Assembly: GCA_046350475.1 (NCBI GenBank)
Contig: JAXMAJ010000001.1
Span: 1,675,911 to 1,739,910, forward strand
Source of the DNA: Phycisphaerales bacterium
GTDB taxonomy: Bacteria; Planctomycetota; Phycisphaerae; Phycisphaerales; UBA1924
Length of the DNA: 64,000 bases
Direction of reading: 5' to 3'
Within the stretch, counting starts at the first letter, position 1; the number at the start of each line of letters is the position of its first letter. The translations under genes and the position numbers were made by a program. The notes beneath the pieces were generated by a model. It ran no database searches. It worked only from the letters and a program-made list of their open reading frames with translations, and was not told the DNA's origin. Positions 1-8,595 of the stretch are shown one piece after another.

Positions 1-1
1 G

Positions 2-505
2 GTCAACGACATCGGGATCACCTTCCTGCCGAACGCTCGGGGCAACCGGTTGGTGGAGAACAACTTCGTTGAGAACATCGATCAGGTGAGCGTGGCAGGG
101 AGGGGAGGGCTTGCGGCGAACCGCTTCTGGGACGGCGAACGGGGCAATTACTGGAGCGATTACAACGGCTACGACCAGGACCGGGACGGGGTGGGGGACT
201 TCGTGCACGAGTCGCAGACGCTGTTTGAGAACATGATGGACAAGGAGCCCAAGCTGCGGCTGTTCCTGTACAGCCCGGCGCAGCAGGCGGTGGAGTTTGT
301 GGGGCGCGCGGTTCCGGCGGTGCGCCCGGAGCCGAAGTTCACGGACGAGGTGCCGCTCATGCGCCCGGTGGCGATCGGCGCGGAAGCGGTTGGAGCGGAC
401 GCTGCGCGGGGGCGGACGCTGGTGGCGGGGGGCTCGCTGCTGACGGTGGCGGCGGGCGTGCTGTCGGGGGCCGGGGTATTCCGGGGCAGGAGGGTTGGCG
501 CATGA
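2..505 (+). CDS. nosD: NosD C-terminal fragment (periplasmic copper-binding beta-helix protein of N2O reductase maturation); 5' end lies outside the window
   Basis: The frame is open from nt 2 to TGA 503-505. The translation VNDIGITFLPNARGNRLVENNFVENIDQVSVAG...WSDYNGYDQDRDGVGD looks like NosD parallel beta-helix repeats. It is followed by nosF-nosY-nosL in canonical order with an ATGA overlap. Confidence 0.8.
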   Translation, partial: VNDIGITFLPNARGNRLVENNFVENIDQVSVAGRGGLAANRFWDGERGNYWSDYNGYDQDRDGVGDFVHESQTLFENMMDKEPKLRLFLYSPAQQAVEFVGRAVPAVRPEPKFTDEVPLMRPVAIGAEAVGADAARGRTLVAGGSLLTVAAGVLSGAGVFRGRRVGA

Positions 506-1398
506 TCAGGCTTACGGGTGTGTCGAGGCGGTTCGGTCGTTCGGTGGCGGTGGACGGCGTCAGTCTGCACGTGCCTCCCGGGGACAGCGTGGCGCTGTGG
601 GGCCCGAACGGGGCGGGGAAGTCGACGCTCATCCGGTGCGTGCTCGGGCTGCTGTCCTGCGACGGGAAGATCACCGTGGGCGGGCATGATGTTGCGAGGC
701 AGGGGAAGCGTGCGAGATCGCTGATCGGGTATGTGCCGCAGGAGCTTGGCTTCTACGACGACCTTGCGGTAGGTGACGCGGTTGCGTACTTCGCGGGGCT
801 GAAGGGCGTGCGGGGCGTGGAGGTGCCAAGGACGCTTGCGGGAGTGTCCCTGGCGGGGAACGAACGCAAGCGTGTGCGGGACCTTTCGGGGGGCATGAAG
901 CAGCGGCTTGCGCTTGCGATTGCGATGCTGGGGGACCCGCCGGTGCTGGTGCTGGACGAGGTGACAGCGAGCCTGGACGCGTGCGGGCGTGGGGAGTTCG
1001 TGTCGCTGCTGTCACGCCTTTCGGGTGACGGGCGGACGGTTCTGTTCGCGTCCCACCGGATCGATGAGGTGACGACGCTGGCGCGGCGTGTGGTGGTACT
1101 GGGGGGCGGGAGAGTGGAGGGTGAGCACGACGCGGCGGTGTTCGGGGACACGGTCACCACTGGTACCGCGTTGCACCTGACTATGTCCAGCGAGCACAGG
1201 GCGGCGGCGATTGCGGTCCTGCGGGAGCGTGGGTTTGCAGCGACGCTCAACGGTGTGGGGATCATCGTGCCGGTGGTGGGCGAACAAAGGGCGGTGCCGT
1301 TCCGGGTGCTGGCGGAGGCGAGGATCCGGGTAGATGACTTCGAGGTGCTTTCTGCGGGGCGCCGGGCGCGTCACTTGGAAGGGGAGGCGGCGTCATGA
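502..1398 (+). CDS. nosF: ABC transporter ATP-binding protein NosF
   Basis: Walker A GPNGAGKST, ABC signature LSGGMKQR and Walker B VLVLDE are present. ATG 502 overlaps the nosD stop. Confidence 0.85.
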   Translation: MIRLTGVSRRFGRSVAVDGVSLHVPPGDSVALWGPNGAGKSTLIRCVLGLLSCDGKITVGGHDVARQGKRARSLIGYVPQELGFYDDLAVGDAVAYFAGLKGVRGVEVPRTLAGVSLAGNERKRVRDLSGGMKQRLALAIAMLGDPPVLVLDEVTASLDACGRGEFVSLLSRLSGDGRTVLFASHRIDEVTTLARRVVVLGGGRVEGEHDAAVFGDTVTTGTALHLTMSSEHRAAAIAVLRERGFAATLNGVGIIVPVVGEQRAVPFRVLAEARIRVDDFEVLSAGRRARHLEGEAAS

Positions 1399-2279
1399 GC
1401 ACCGGTGCCGTTTCGGGCGAGGGCCTGCTTCCCCTCCCACATCCACCCTCTCTTGTCACGAATGTGTGCACGCTCGCGCGGCGGGAGTTGTGCGACGCGG
1501 TGCGCAGCCGCTGGTTCCTGCTGTACACGCTGGCGTTCGCGGTGCTCGGGCTGGGGGTCTCCTGGGTTTCCACGTCGGCGACCGGCGGCGCCGGGCTTGG
1601 TGGTTTCGGGCGGACCACGGCCGGGCTGGTGAACCTCGTGCTGCTGGTGGTGCCCCTGATGGCGCTGACGGCGGGGGCGGGTTCGATTGCATCTGATCGT
1701 GAGCGTGGGATGCTGTCCTACCTCTTGGCACAGCCGGTGACGCGGGGCGAGGTGCTGCTTGGCAAGTTCTGCGGGCTGGCGGGCGCCCTGCTTGCGTGCA
1801 TCTGCCTGGGGCTGGGCGCGTGCGGGGTCATCCTGTCGCTGGGCCGGGGGGCGGCGCACTCGGCGAGCATCGTGTGGCTGGCGGGGCTGTCGTTCGGGCT
1901 GGCGCTTGGGATGCTGAGTGTGGGGCTGCTGATATCCACGCTAGCGCGGCGTGCCTCAGTTGCGGTGGCGACGGCGATATTTCTGTGGCTGGCGCTCGTG
2001 TTCGTGACGGACCTTGGCCTGATGGCGGGTACGGTCGCGATGCGGTTGCGGATCGAGGAGCTGTTTGTGCTGAGCCTGGCGAACCCGCTGCAGGTGTTCA
2101 AGATGTGGTCTCTATTTGCCGGCGAGCAATCGCTGGATGTGCTGGGGCCCGCGGGGCTGTACGCGACGGAAGAGTACGGTGCGCGTCTGCATGCGCTGTT
2201 TGCCGCGTGTCTGTCGGTGTGGGTTGTGGTGCCACTGGGTGTGGCCGCCCTGGTGTTCCGGAGGAGGGTGCCCCTGTGA
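1395..2279 (+). CDS. nosY: ABC-2 type permease NosY
   Basis: Polytopic hydrophobic protein with an ATGA overlap with nosF. Its position in the nosDFYL order supports the call. Confidence 0.8.
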   Translation: MSTGAVSGEGLLPLPHPPSLVTNVCTLARRELCDAVRSRWFLLYTLAFAVLGLGVSWVSTSATGGAGLGGFGRTTAGLVNLVLLVVPLMALTAGAGSIASDRERGMLSYLLAQPVTRGEVLLGKFCGLAGALLACICLGLGACGVILSLGRGAAHSASIVWLAGLSFGLALGMLSVGLLISTLARRASVAVATAIFLWLALVFVTDLGLMAGTVAMRLRIEELFVLSLANPLQVFKMWSLFAGEQSLDVLGPAGLYATEEYGARLHALFAACLSVWVVVPLGVAALVFRRRVPL

Positions 2280-2779
2280 AGCGTGCGCTGATGGTGCTGG
2301 CAACTGCTGTGTTGGCGGGCGTGGTGGGTTCCTGCAGCCGGGGCGGTGTTTCGGGCCCGCCCGTGGTGCACGCGGGGCGCGATGAATGCCGTGGGTGCGG
2401 GATGCTGATCAATGAGGACCGGTGCTCGTCGGCGTGCATCGTGGAGGCCGCGGGTGTGCAGGAGTACGCGTTGTACGACGACATCGGGTGCATGCTGGAC
2501 CACCAGCGGGAGGCGGCGGGCGTGAAGTTCCTGAGCACTTATGTGCACGACTACGGGACGAGAGCGTGGGTTGGGGCGGAGCGCGCGGCGTTCGTGTGGT
2601 TCGACGGGGATGAGGTGAGCACCCCGATGGGGTCTCACATCGTTGCGTTCGGGGCGGAGCGTGACGCGGTGGAGGCGGCGGCGCGGCATCCTGGGCGGGT
2701 CATGTCTTTCGTGGAGGTGGGTCAGGTCCGGCAAGCCTGGATGGAGGCAAGGTGGGGCAAACCCGAGCAGGGCCGGTGA
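2276..2779 (+). CDS. nosL: NosL-like copper chaperone lipoprotein
   Basis: GTG 2276 overlaps the nosY stop (GTGA). There is a signal peptide with lipobox LAGVVGSC and a CRGCGM motif. It is the last gene of the nosDFYL order. The upstream part of track ORF 1796..2779 overlaps nosY and is rejected. Confidence 0.75.
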   Translation: MKRALMVLATAVLAGVVGSCSRGGVSGPPVVHAGRDECRGCGMLINEDRCSSACIVEAAGVQEYALYDDIGCMLDHQREAAGVKFLSTYVHDYGTRAWVGAERAAFVWFDGDEVSTPMGSHIVAFGAERDAVEAAARHPGRVMSFVEVGQVRQAWMEARWGKPEQGR

Positions 2780-2831
2780 ATCCCGGCCCAAAGGGCCGCT
2801 ACCCTGTTCAGGCGGTTGGAACGGAGTCGGT

Positions 2832-3302
2832 ATGCTTTCACAGACCATCGAGTATGCGCTGCGCGCGATGACTCACCTGGCAGCGTTACCGGCGGGGGAG
2901 TCGGCGAGCAGCGCTGTGATCGCGCAGCACACGAAGGTGCCTCAGGGGTACCTGTCCAAGGTTCTGCGCGACCTGGTGGTGGCGGATCTGGTGACATCGC
3001 AGCGCGGCCCCCACGGCGGGTTCATGCTCTCCCGGGGTGCGCGGGAGGTTTCGATCTACGACGTGGTTGCGGCGGTGGACCCGCTTCAGCGGATCACGCA
3101 TTGTCCGCTGGGGAACCCGGATCACGTGAAGCTGTGCCCGCTTCACCGACGCCTGGACGACGCGGTGGACATGGTTGAGCGCGAGTTCAAGGGCACGTCG
3201 CTCCTGGAACTGCTCACGGAGCACGCGGACGGCCGGCGGGGCTGCGAGCAGTTGACAACGCTGACTGCGCGCGGGGACGCGCCGGCGCGCGGCCGGCGTT
3301 GA
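2832..3302 (+). CDS. Rrf2 family transcriptional regulator
   Basis: N-terminus MLSQTIEYALRAMTHLA...VPQGYLSKVLRDLV...SQRGPHGG is the Rrf2 winged-helix signature. The C..C..C-like residues (HCPLGNPDHVKLCPLH) are compatible with Fe-S ligation. ATG at 2832 was chosen inside track ORF 2643..3302. Confidence 0.85.
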   Translation: MLSQTIEYALRAMTHLAALPAGESASSAVIAQHTKVPQGYLSKVLRDLVVADLVTSQRGPHGGFMLSRGAREVSIYDVVAAVDPLQRITHCPLGNPDHVKLCPLHRRLDDAVDMVEREFKGTSLLELLTEHADGRRGCEQLTTLTARGDAPARGRR

Positions 3303-3515
3303 TGGTGCGGCTACCCAGAATTGTCTACGGGCATTGCCGGGCAATCCTCGCGCGGTGCGTGCCCGGGTGGCTGTTCTCACGGGTTGGACGGCGCGGCGGG
3401 CGAGATTCTCACGGATGGCATGGGCTGAGCCGCGCTTTTCGGGTCGTGCTTGCAATACTGATGGCGTGTAGTTTGCAGGTCTGATAGCACGGGGCGCTCT
3501 GGGAAGGAGACGCGC

Positions 3516-4118
3516 GTGTTTGAGGTGCGCATACATGGGCGGGGCGGTCAGGGCGTGGTGACGGCGGCGGAGATGCTCTCGATCGCCGGTTTCAACGAGG
3601 GGTACTGGTCACAGGCGATCCCGAGCTTTGGTTCGGAGCGGATGGGGGCGCCGGTGGTGGCGTTCTGCCGGATCAACGACCAGGAGATCCGCGCCCGGGA
3701 GCCGGTGACGACGCCCGACGCGGTGGTCATCCAGGACCCGACGCTGCTGCACCAGGTGAAGGTCTTCGAGGGGCTGTCTCCGCAGGGGTATGTGCTCATC
3801 AACTCGACGCGCTCGCTGGAGGAGCTTGGGCTGGGCGACCTGGTCCGCTCGCTGCCGGCCGGGCATGCAAGGACGCTCGGCGCGACCGAGCTGGCGCTGC
3901 GGCACATAGGGCGGCCGTTGCCCAACGCGGTGCTGCTGGCCGGGCTGTGCGCGGTCAGCGGGCAGCTCCGGCTTGGTTCGTTCGAGGCCGCGATCCGCCA
4001 GAAGTTCCGGGGTGACGTGGGTGAGCGCAACGTGGCGGCCGCGCGTGAGGCGTACGCGATGTGCGGTGGCGGGGAGAAGCCCAGCAAAGGAGCGGTGGTC
4101 CATGCTCAAGCAGTGTGA
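3516..4118 (+). CDS. 2-oxoacid:ferredoxin oxidoreductase, gamma subunit
   Basis: GTG start preceded by GGAAGGAGA. N-terminus IHGRGGQGVVTAAEMLS...GSERMGAPV is typical of POR/OFOR gamma subunits. Confidence 0.85.
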   Translation: MFEVRIHGRGGQGVVTAAEMLSIAGFNEGYWSQAIPSFGSERMGAPVVAFCRINDQEIRAREPVTTPDAVVIQDPTLLHQVKVFEGLSPQGYVLINSTRSLEELGLGDLVRSLPAGHARTLGATELALRHIGRPLPNAVLLAGLCAVSGQLRLGSFEAAIRQKFRGDVGERNVAAAREAYAMCGGGEKPSKGAVVHAQAV

Positions 4119-5355
4119 AGGCTCCCAGGCGGTGGCGGAGGCGGTGGCGTTGTGCCGGCCGGAGGTGATCTGCGCGTACCCCATCACGCCCCAGACGCAC
4201 ATCGTGGAGGGCCTGGCGTCGCTGGTGAAGAGCGGGGCGCTTTCGCCGTGCGAGTACATCAACGTGGAGAGCGAGTTTGCGGCGATGTCGGTGGCGATCG
4301 GCGCTTCGGCGTGCGGGGCGCGTGCGTACACGGCGACGGCGAGCCAGGGCATCCTGTACATGGCCGAGGCGGTGTACAACGCGTCGGGGCTGGGGCTGCC
4401 GATCGTGATGACGGTGGGGAACCGGTCGATCGGGGCGCCGATCAACATCTGGAACGACCACACCGACAGCATGGCGCTGCGGGACGCGGGGTGGATCCAG
4501 CTGTTCGCGGAGTCGAACCAGGAGGCGGTTGATCTGCACATCCAGGCGTTCCGCCTTGCGGAGCAGCTTTCGATGCCGGTCATGGTGTGCATGGACGGCT
4601 TCATCCTGACGCACGCGTACGAGCGGGTGGACGTTCCCAGCCAGGAGCAGGTGGACGCGTTCCTGCCGCCGTATGTGCCGCGTCAGAGCGTGGACCCGGA
4701 CGACCCGGTGACGATCGGCGCGATGGTGGGCCCGGAGGCGTTCATGGAGGTGCGGTACCTGGCGCACGCGAAGCAGATGGAGGCGTTGGAGCTCATCCCC
4801 GCGCTGGCGGCGGACTTTGAGCGGGGCTTCGGGCGTGGCTCGGGCGGGTTGTTCCACACCTACCGGACGGAGGACGCGGACACGATCGTGTGCGCGCTGG
4901 GATCGGTGAACGGCACGATCAAGGACGTGGTGGACGACCTGCGGGCGGCGGGGCACCGGGTGGGGTCGGTGGCGATCTGCTCGTACCGGCCGTTCCCGAG
5001 CGCCGCGCTGGGGAGGGCGCTGGCGGGCGCGTCGCGCGTCATCACCATCGAGAAGAGTCTTTCGGTGGGCATCGGGGGGAACCTGTCCCACAACCTGCGG
5101 ATGGCGCTGCCGGGCAGGGACACGAAGGTCTTCACGGTGATCGCGGGTCTGGGTGGGCGACCGATCACGCGTGCCGGCCTGAAGCGGACGTTCCTGAGCG
5201 CACTGCAGGGCGGGCTCGAACCCCTGCACTTCCTTGACCTCAATACCGGCGCCGTCGAGCGGCAGTTGGAGCGGGAGCGGGCGGCGCGGCGCACCGGCCC
5301 GGCGGCGGAGGCCATCCTCCGCGACCTTGGCCCGGCGGCCCACAGCGTGCACTGA
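4102..5355 (+). CDS. 2-oxoacid:ferredoxin oxidoreductase, alpha subunit
   Basis: MLKQCEGSQAVAEAVALCRPEVICAYPITPQT... is the conserved alpha-subunit N-terminus. ATG 4102 overlaps the end of the gamma gene. Confidence 0.85.
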   Translation: MLKQCEGSQAVAEAVALCRPEVICAYPITPQTHIVEGLASLVKSGALSPCEYINVESEFAAMSVAIGASACGARAYTATASQGILYMAEAVYNASGLGLPIVMTVGNRSIGAPINIWNDHTDSMALRDAGWIQLFAESNQEAVDLHIQAFRLAEQLSMPVMVCMDGFILTHAYERVDVPSQEQVDAFLPPYVPRQSVDPDDPVTIGAMVGPEAFMEVRYLAHAKQMEALELIPALAADFERGFGRGSGGLFHTYRTEDADTIVCALGSVNGTIKDVVDDLRAAGHRVGSVAICSYRPFPSAALGRALAGASRVITIEKSLSVGIGGNLSHNLRMALPGRDTKVFTVIAGLGGRPITRAGLKRTFLSALQGGLEPLHFLDLNTGAVERQLERERAARRTGPAAEAILRDLGPAAHSVH

Positions 5356-5380
5356 CCTTCGGGCGCAGTCAGGAGTTGCG

Positions 5381-6388
5381 ATGACCAGTCGAACCCCCAT
5401 CAAGTTCTACCAGACCGGGACGTTCACGGTGGGCAACCGCCTGCTGGACGTGTCCGTCCGGAGCGTGCAGTCGGACACGACGCGGAACAACTCGCTGAAC
5501 TCCGGGCACCGGGCGTGCCAGGGGTGCGGGGAGGCGCTGGGCGCGCGCTACGCGCTGGACGCGGCCATGCGTGCGGTGGGCGGGCGGCTGGTGGTGGCCA
5601 ACGCCACCGGGTGCCTGGAGGTGTTCTCGACGCCGTACCCGGAGTCGTCGTGGCGGGTGGCGTGGCTGCACTCCCTCTTCGCGAACGCTTCGGCGGTGGG
5701 GACGGGCATGGCGGCGGCGATGCGTGTGAAGGGGCGTCACGACGTGCGTGTCATCGCGCAGGGCGGTGACGGGGGAACGGTGGACATCGGGTTCGCGTGC
5801 CTCTCGGGCATGTTCGAGCGGAACGACGACGTCCTCTACATCTGCTACGACAACGAGGCGTACATGAACACCGGTGTGCAGAGGTCCAGCGCCACGCCGG
5901 CGGCGGCGAGGACGGCGACGACGCCCGCGGTGGGCGCCGAGCCGGGCAACGTGATGGACCAGGGCAAGAACGTGCCGCTCATCGCGATGGCGCACCACAT
6001 CCCGTACGTGGCGACGGCGTCGGTGGCGGACCTGCGGGATCTTGAGTGCAAGGTGGAGAAGGCGATGGGCATCCGCGGGGCCCGCTACCTGCACGTGCAC
6101 GTTCCCTGCCCGCTGGGCTGGGGCTGTGACACGGGCGACACGATCAGGGTGGCGCGGCTGGCGGCGGAGAGCGGTCTGTTCCCGATTTTCGAGGCCGAGT
6201 ACGGCGAGGTGACGGGTCGGCGGCTCATCCGCCGGCGTGTGCCGGTGGACGACTACCTGAAGCTGCAGTCGCGGTTTGCGCACCTCTTCAAGTCGGACGC
6301 CGGGCGGGCCCGTGTTGCCCGCATCCAGGCGGTTGCCGACCGCAACATCCAGCGGTTCGGCCTGCTCCCGGAAGGAGTTCCCGCGTGA
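5381..6388 (+). CDS. 2-oxoacid:ferredoxin oxidoreductase, beta (TPP-binding) subunit
   Basis: GHRACQGCGE near the N-terminus and GGDGGTVDIGF...YDNEAYMNTG (TPP-binding motif). ATG 5381 was chosen inside track ORF 5234..6388. Confidence 0.85.
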   Translation: MTSRTPIKFYQTGTFTVGNRLLDVSVRSVQSDTTRNNSLNSGHRACQGCGEALGARYALDAAMRAVGGRLVVANATGCLEVFSTPYPESSWRVAWLHSLFANASAVGTGMAAAMRVKGRHDVRVIAQGGDGGTVDIGFACLSGMFERNDDVLYICYDNEAYMNTGVQRSSATPAAARTATTPAVGAEPGNVMDQGKNVPLIAMAHHIPYVATASVADLRDLECKVEKAMGIRGARYLHVHVPCPLGWGCDTGDTIRVARLAAESGLFPIFEAEYGEVTGRRLIRRRVPVDDYLKLQSRFAHLFKSDAGRARVARIQAVADRNIQRFGLLPEGVPA

Positions 6389-8010
6389 ACAAGCCCTTTG
6401 CCATCACCCTGGACGTGGGCAGCAGCCTGGTCAACAAGACGGGTTCCTGGCGCACCGAGCGCCCGGTGTATGTCGACCGCCTGCCGCCCTGCAACAACGC
6501 GTGCCCCGCCGGGGAGAACATCCAGCAGTGGCTGTTCCACGCCGAGGAGGGGAACTACGAGGCGGCCTGGCGTGAGATCATGAAGAACAACCCGATGCCT
6601 GCGGTGATGGGCCGGGCGTGCTACCACACGTGCGAGGACTGCTGCAACCGGGCACGCATCGACTCGCCGGTGGGGATCCACGCGGTGGAGCGGTTCCTGG
6701 GGGACCTGGCGATCAGGGAGGGGTGGTCGGTCCGCCCGGAGAGGGCGCCCAGCGGGAAGCGGGTGCTCGTGGTGGGCGCGGGGCCGAGCGGGCTCTCGTG
6801 CGCGTACCACCTCGCGCTGCTTGGGCACAGCGTGACGATCGACGAGGCGGGCCCGATGCCCGGGGGCATGATGCGGTTCGGCATCCCCAAGTACCGCCTG
6901 CCCCGTGAGGTGCTGGACGCGGAGGTGAAGCGGATCACGGACATGGGCGTGGCGATCCGGTACAACACGAAGGTCGCGGACCTTGACGCGGTGATGAAGA
7001 AGGAGCGATTCGACGCGGTGTTCCTGGCAGTCGGGGCGCACCTGGCGAAGCGGGCGTACATCCCGGCGGGCGATGCGGGCAAGATCATGGACGCCCTGCA
7101 GCTGCTGAGGGGCGTGGAGGCGGGTCATGCGCCGCTGCTGGGGCGGCGGGTGCTGATCTACGGAGGTGGCAACACGGCGATGGATGCGGCGAGGTCGGCC
7201 AAGCGGCTTGGGGCCAGCGAGGCGATCGTCGTCTACCGCCGGACGCGGGAGAAGATGCCGGCGCACGACTTTGAGGTTCAGGAGGCGATGGACGAGGGCG
7301 TGATGTTCAAGTGGCTTTCGACGATCACGGCGGAGAAGGGCGGCAAGTTCACGGTGGAGAAGATGCGCCTGGACGAGAAGGGCAAGCCGCAGCCCACGGG
7401 CGAGTTCGAGACCATCGAGGCGGATTCGTGCGTGCTCGCCCTGGGCCAAGACGTGGACCTCTCCTTCCTGGACAGGGTGACGGGGCTGAAGGTCACGGAC
7501 GGGGTGGTGGAGGTGGGGCCGGACATGATGACGGGGCACCACGGGGTGTTCGCGGGGGGCGACATGGTGCCGGCTGACCGGACCATCACGGTGGCGGTGG
7601 GGCACGGCAAGAAGGCGGCGAGGCATATCGATGCGTTCCTGAAGGGTTCGGTGTACGCGCCGCAGCCCAAGACGGAGCTGGCGACGTTCGAGAACCTCAA
7701 CCCCTGGTACTACGCCGATGCGCCGGCGACGGTGCAGCCCGCGCTGGATGCTGCGCGGCGCACCTCCAACTTCGAGGAGGTGGTGGGCGGGCTCACGCCG
7801 GACAACGCGCTGTTCGAGGCGCGCCGGTGTCTGTCGTGCGGCAACTGCTTCGAGTGCGACAACTGCTTTGGCGTGTGCCCGGACAACGCCGTGATCAAGC
7901 TGGGTCCGGGCAAGCGGTTCCGGATCAACTACGACTACTGCAAGGGGTGCGGCATGTGCGCGACCGAGTGCCCGTGCGGGGCGATCCGGATGGAGCCGGA
8001 GACCATCTGA
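6385..8010 (+). CDS. GltD/NfnB-like NAD(P)H-dependent Fe-S flavoprotein with a C-terminal 2x[4Fe-4S] ferredoxin domain
   Basis: GTG 6385 overlaps the beta-subunit stop and has a GGAAGGAG RBS. An N-terminal Cys cluster (CNNACPAGE...CYHTCEDCC) is followed by dinucleotide folds VLVVGAGPSGLSCA and VLIYGGGNTAMD. The C-terminus is CLSCGNCFECDNCFGVCP...CKGCGMCATECPCGA. Confidence 0.8.
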   Translation: MNKPFAITLDVGSSLVNKTGSWRTERPVYVDRLPPCNNACPAGENIQQWLFHAEEGNYEAAWREIMKNNPMPAVMGRACYHTCEDCCNRARIDSPVGIHAVERFLGDLAIREGWSVRPERAPSGKRVLVVGAGPSGLSCAYHLALLGHSVTIDEAGPMPGGMMRFGIPKYRLPREVLDAEVKRITDMGVAIRYNTKVADLDAVMKKERFDAVFLAVGAHLAKRAYIPAGDAGKIMDALQLLRGVEAGHAPLLGRRVLIYGGGNTAMDAARSAKRLGASEAIVVYRRTREKMPAHDFEVQEAMDEGVMFKWLSTITAEKGGKFTVEKMRLDEKGKPQPTGEFETIEADSCVLALGQDVDLSFLDRVTGLKVTDGVVEVGPDMMTGHHGVFAGGDMVPADRTITVAVGHGKKAARHIDAFLKGSVYAPQPKTELATFENLNPWYYADAPATVQPALDAARRTSNFEEVVGGLTPDNALFEARRCLSCGNCFECDNCFGVCPDNAVIKLGPGKRFRINYDYCKGCGMCATECPCGAIRMEPETI

Positions 8011-8030
8011 AGCGGGCGCGGGCGGGGGGC

Positions 8031-8531
8031 CTACTTGTCCGCGGCGTAGACGTAGAGGCGGTGGCCCTGCGGGGTGAGCCCTTTGGCGCGGCACACACGC
8101 TCAAGTACTGCGCTCAGTTCGGGCACGCTGATGGGGATCATCTCGCGGGTGTCGGTGCGGATGATCATGTCGCTGGGCCGTCTGCCGTAGACCAGGTGGT
8201 AGAAGCCCTGCTCCTCGCCCAGCGGGAGGCGCTGGATGATGCCGGCGTCCAGGAGGAGCTTGATCGTGCGGTACACGGTGGCCTTGCTGATGCGGAGGCG
8301 CTGACCGCCCGGGCCGCCGGGCTGTCCTCTGCCCCCCTTCACGGCATCGACGACGCGTTCGGCCTGGAAGGGGCCGTCGAAGCGGATGATGGTGTCCAGC
8401 ACGTGGGCCCGTTCGGGCGTGTACTTGAGGCCTTCGGCCTTCAGGGTTCGGCGGAAGACGGCGCAGAGGGGCTCGAAGACCTCGAGTGGCGCGGCGTCGC
8501 TGCCTGGGGTGTTTCCCGGGGGGTGGATCAC
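8031..8531 (-). CDS. Fur family transcriptional regulator (start uncertain)
   Basis: LKYTPERAHVLDTI...ISKATVYRTIKLLLDAGII...YHLV resembles the Fur-type winged helix. There is no in-frame ATG nearby, so GTG at 8531 is proposed. The upstream part of track ORF 8031..9218 is antisense to the neighbouring membrane protein gene. Confidence 0.65.
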   Translation of the reverse strand: MIHPPGNTPGSDAAPLEVFEPLCAVFRRTLKAEGLKYTPERAHVLDTIIRFDGPFQAERVVDAVKGGRGQPGGPGGQRLRISKATVYRTIKLLLDAGIIQRLPLGEEQGFYHLVYGRRPSDMIIRTDTREMIPISVPELSAVLERVCRAKGLTPQGHRLYVYAADK

Positions 8532-8595
8532 GGGCAATCCTAGTGGGAATGGTGGCTGTGTGGCGCTTGGGTGCGGATGCGCCGATAATGGGGGG

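Noticed and set aside
1718-2848. 376-aa minus-strand ORF across nosY/nosL
   Set aside because: It is an Arg/Pro/His-rich antisense shadow of well-supported plus-strand genes in a ~70% GC genome. It has no family resemblance.
3299-3484. 61-aa ORF in the intergenic region before the OFOR operon
   Set aside because: It has no RBS or conservation cues. This is more likely the promoter/operator region for the Rrf2-OFOR junction.
3955-5403. 482-aa minus-strand ORF opposite the OFOR alpha subunit
   Set aside because: It has the same antisense-shadow composition (R, P, H, V runs), and the plus-strand gene has clear conserved motifs.
8386-8595. Upstream extension of the membrane-protein ORF (track start 8386)
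   Set aside because: The extension overlaps the convergently read Fur-like gene region. An ATG at 8596 begins directly before the first hydrophobic segment.
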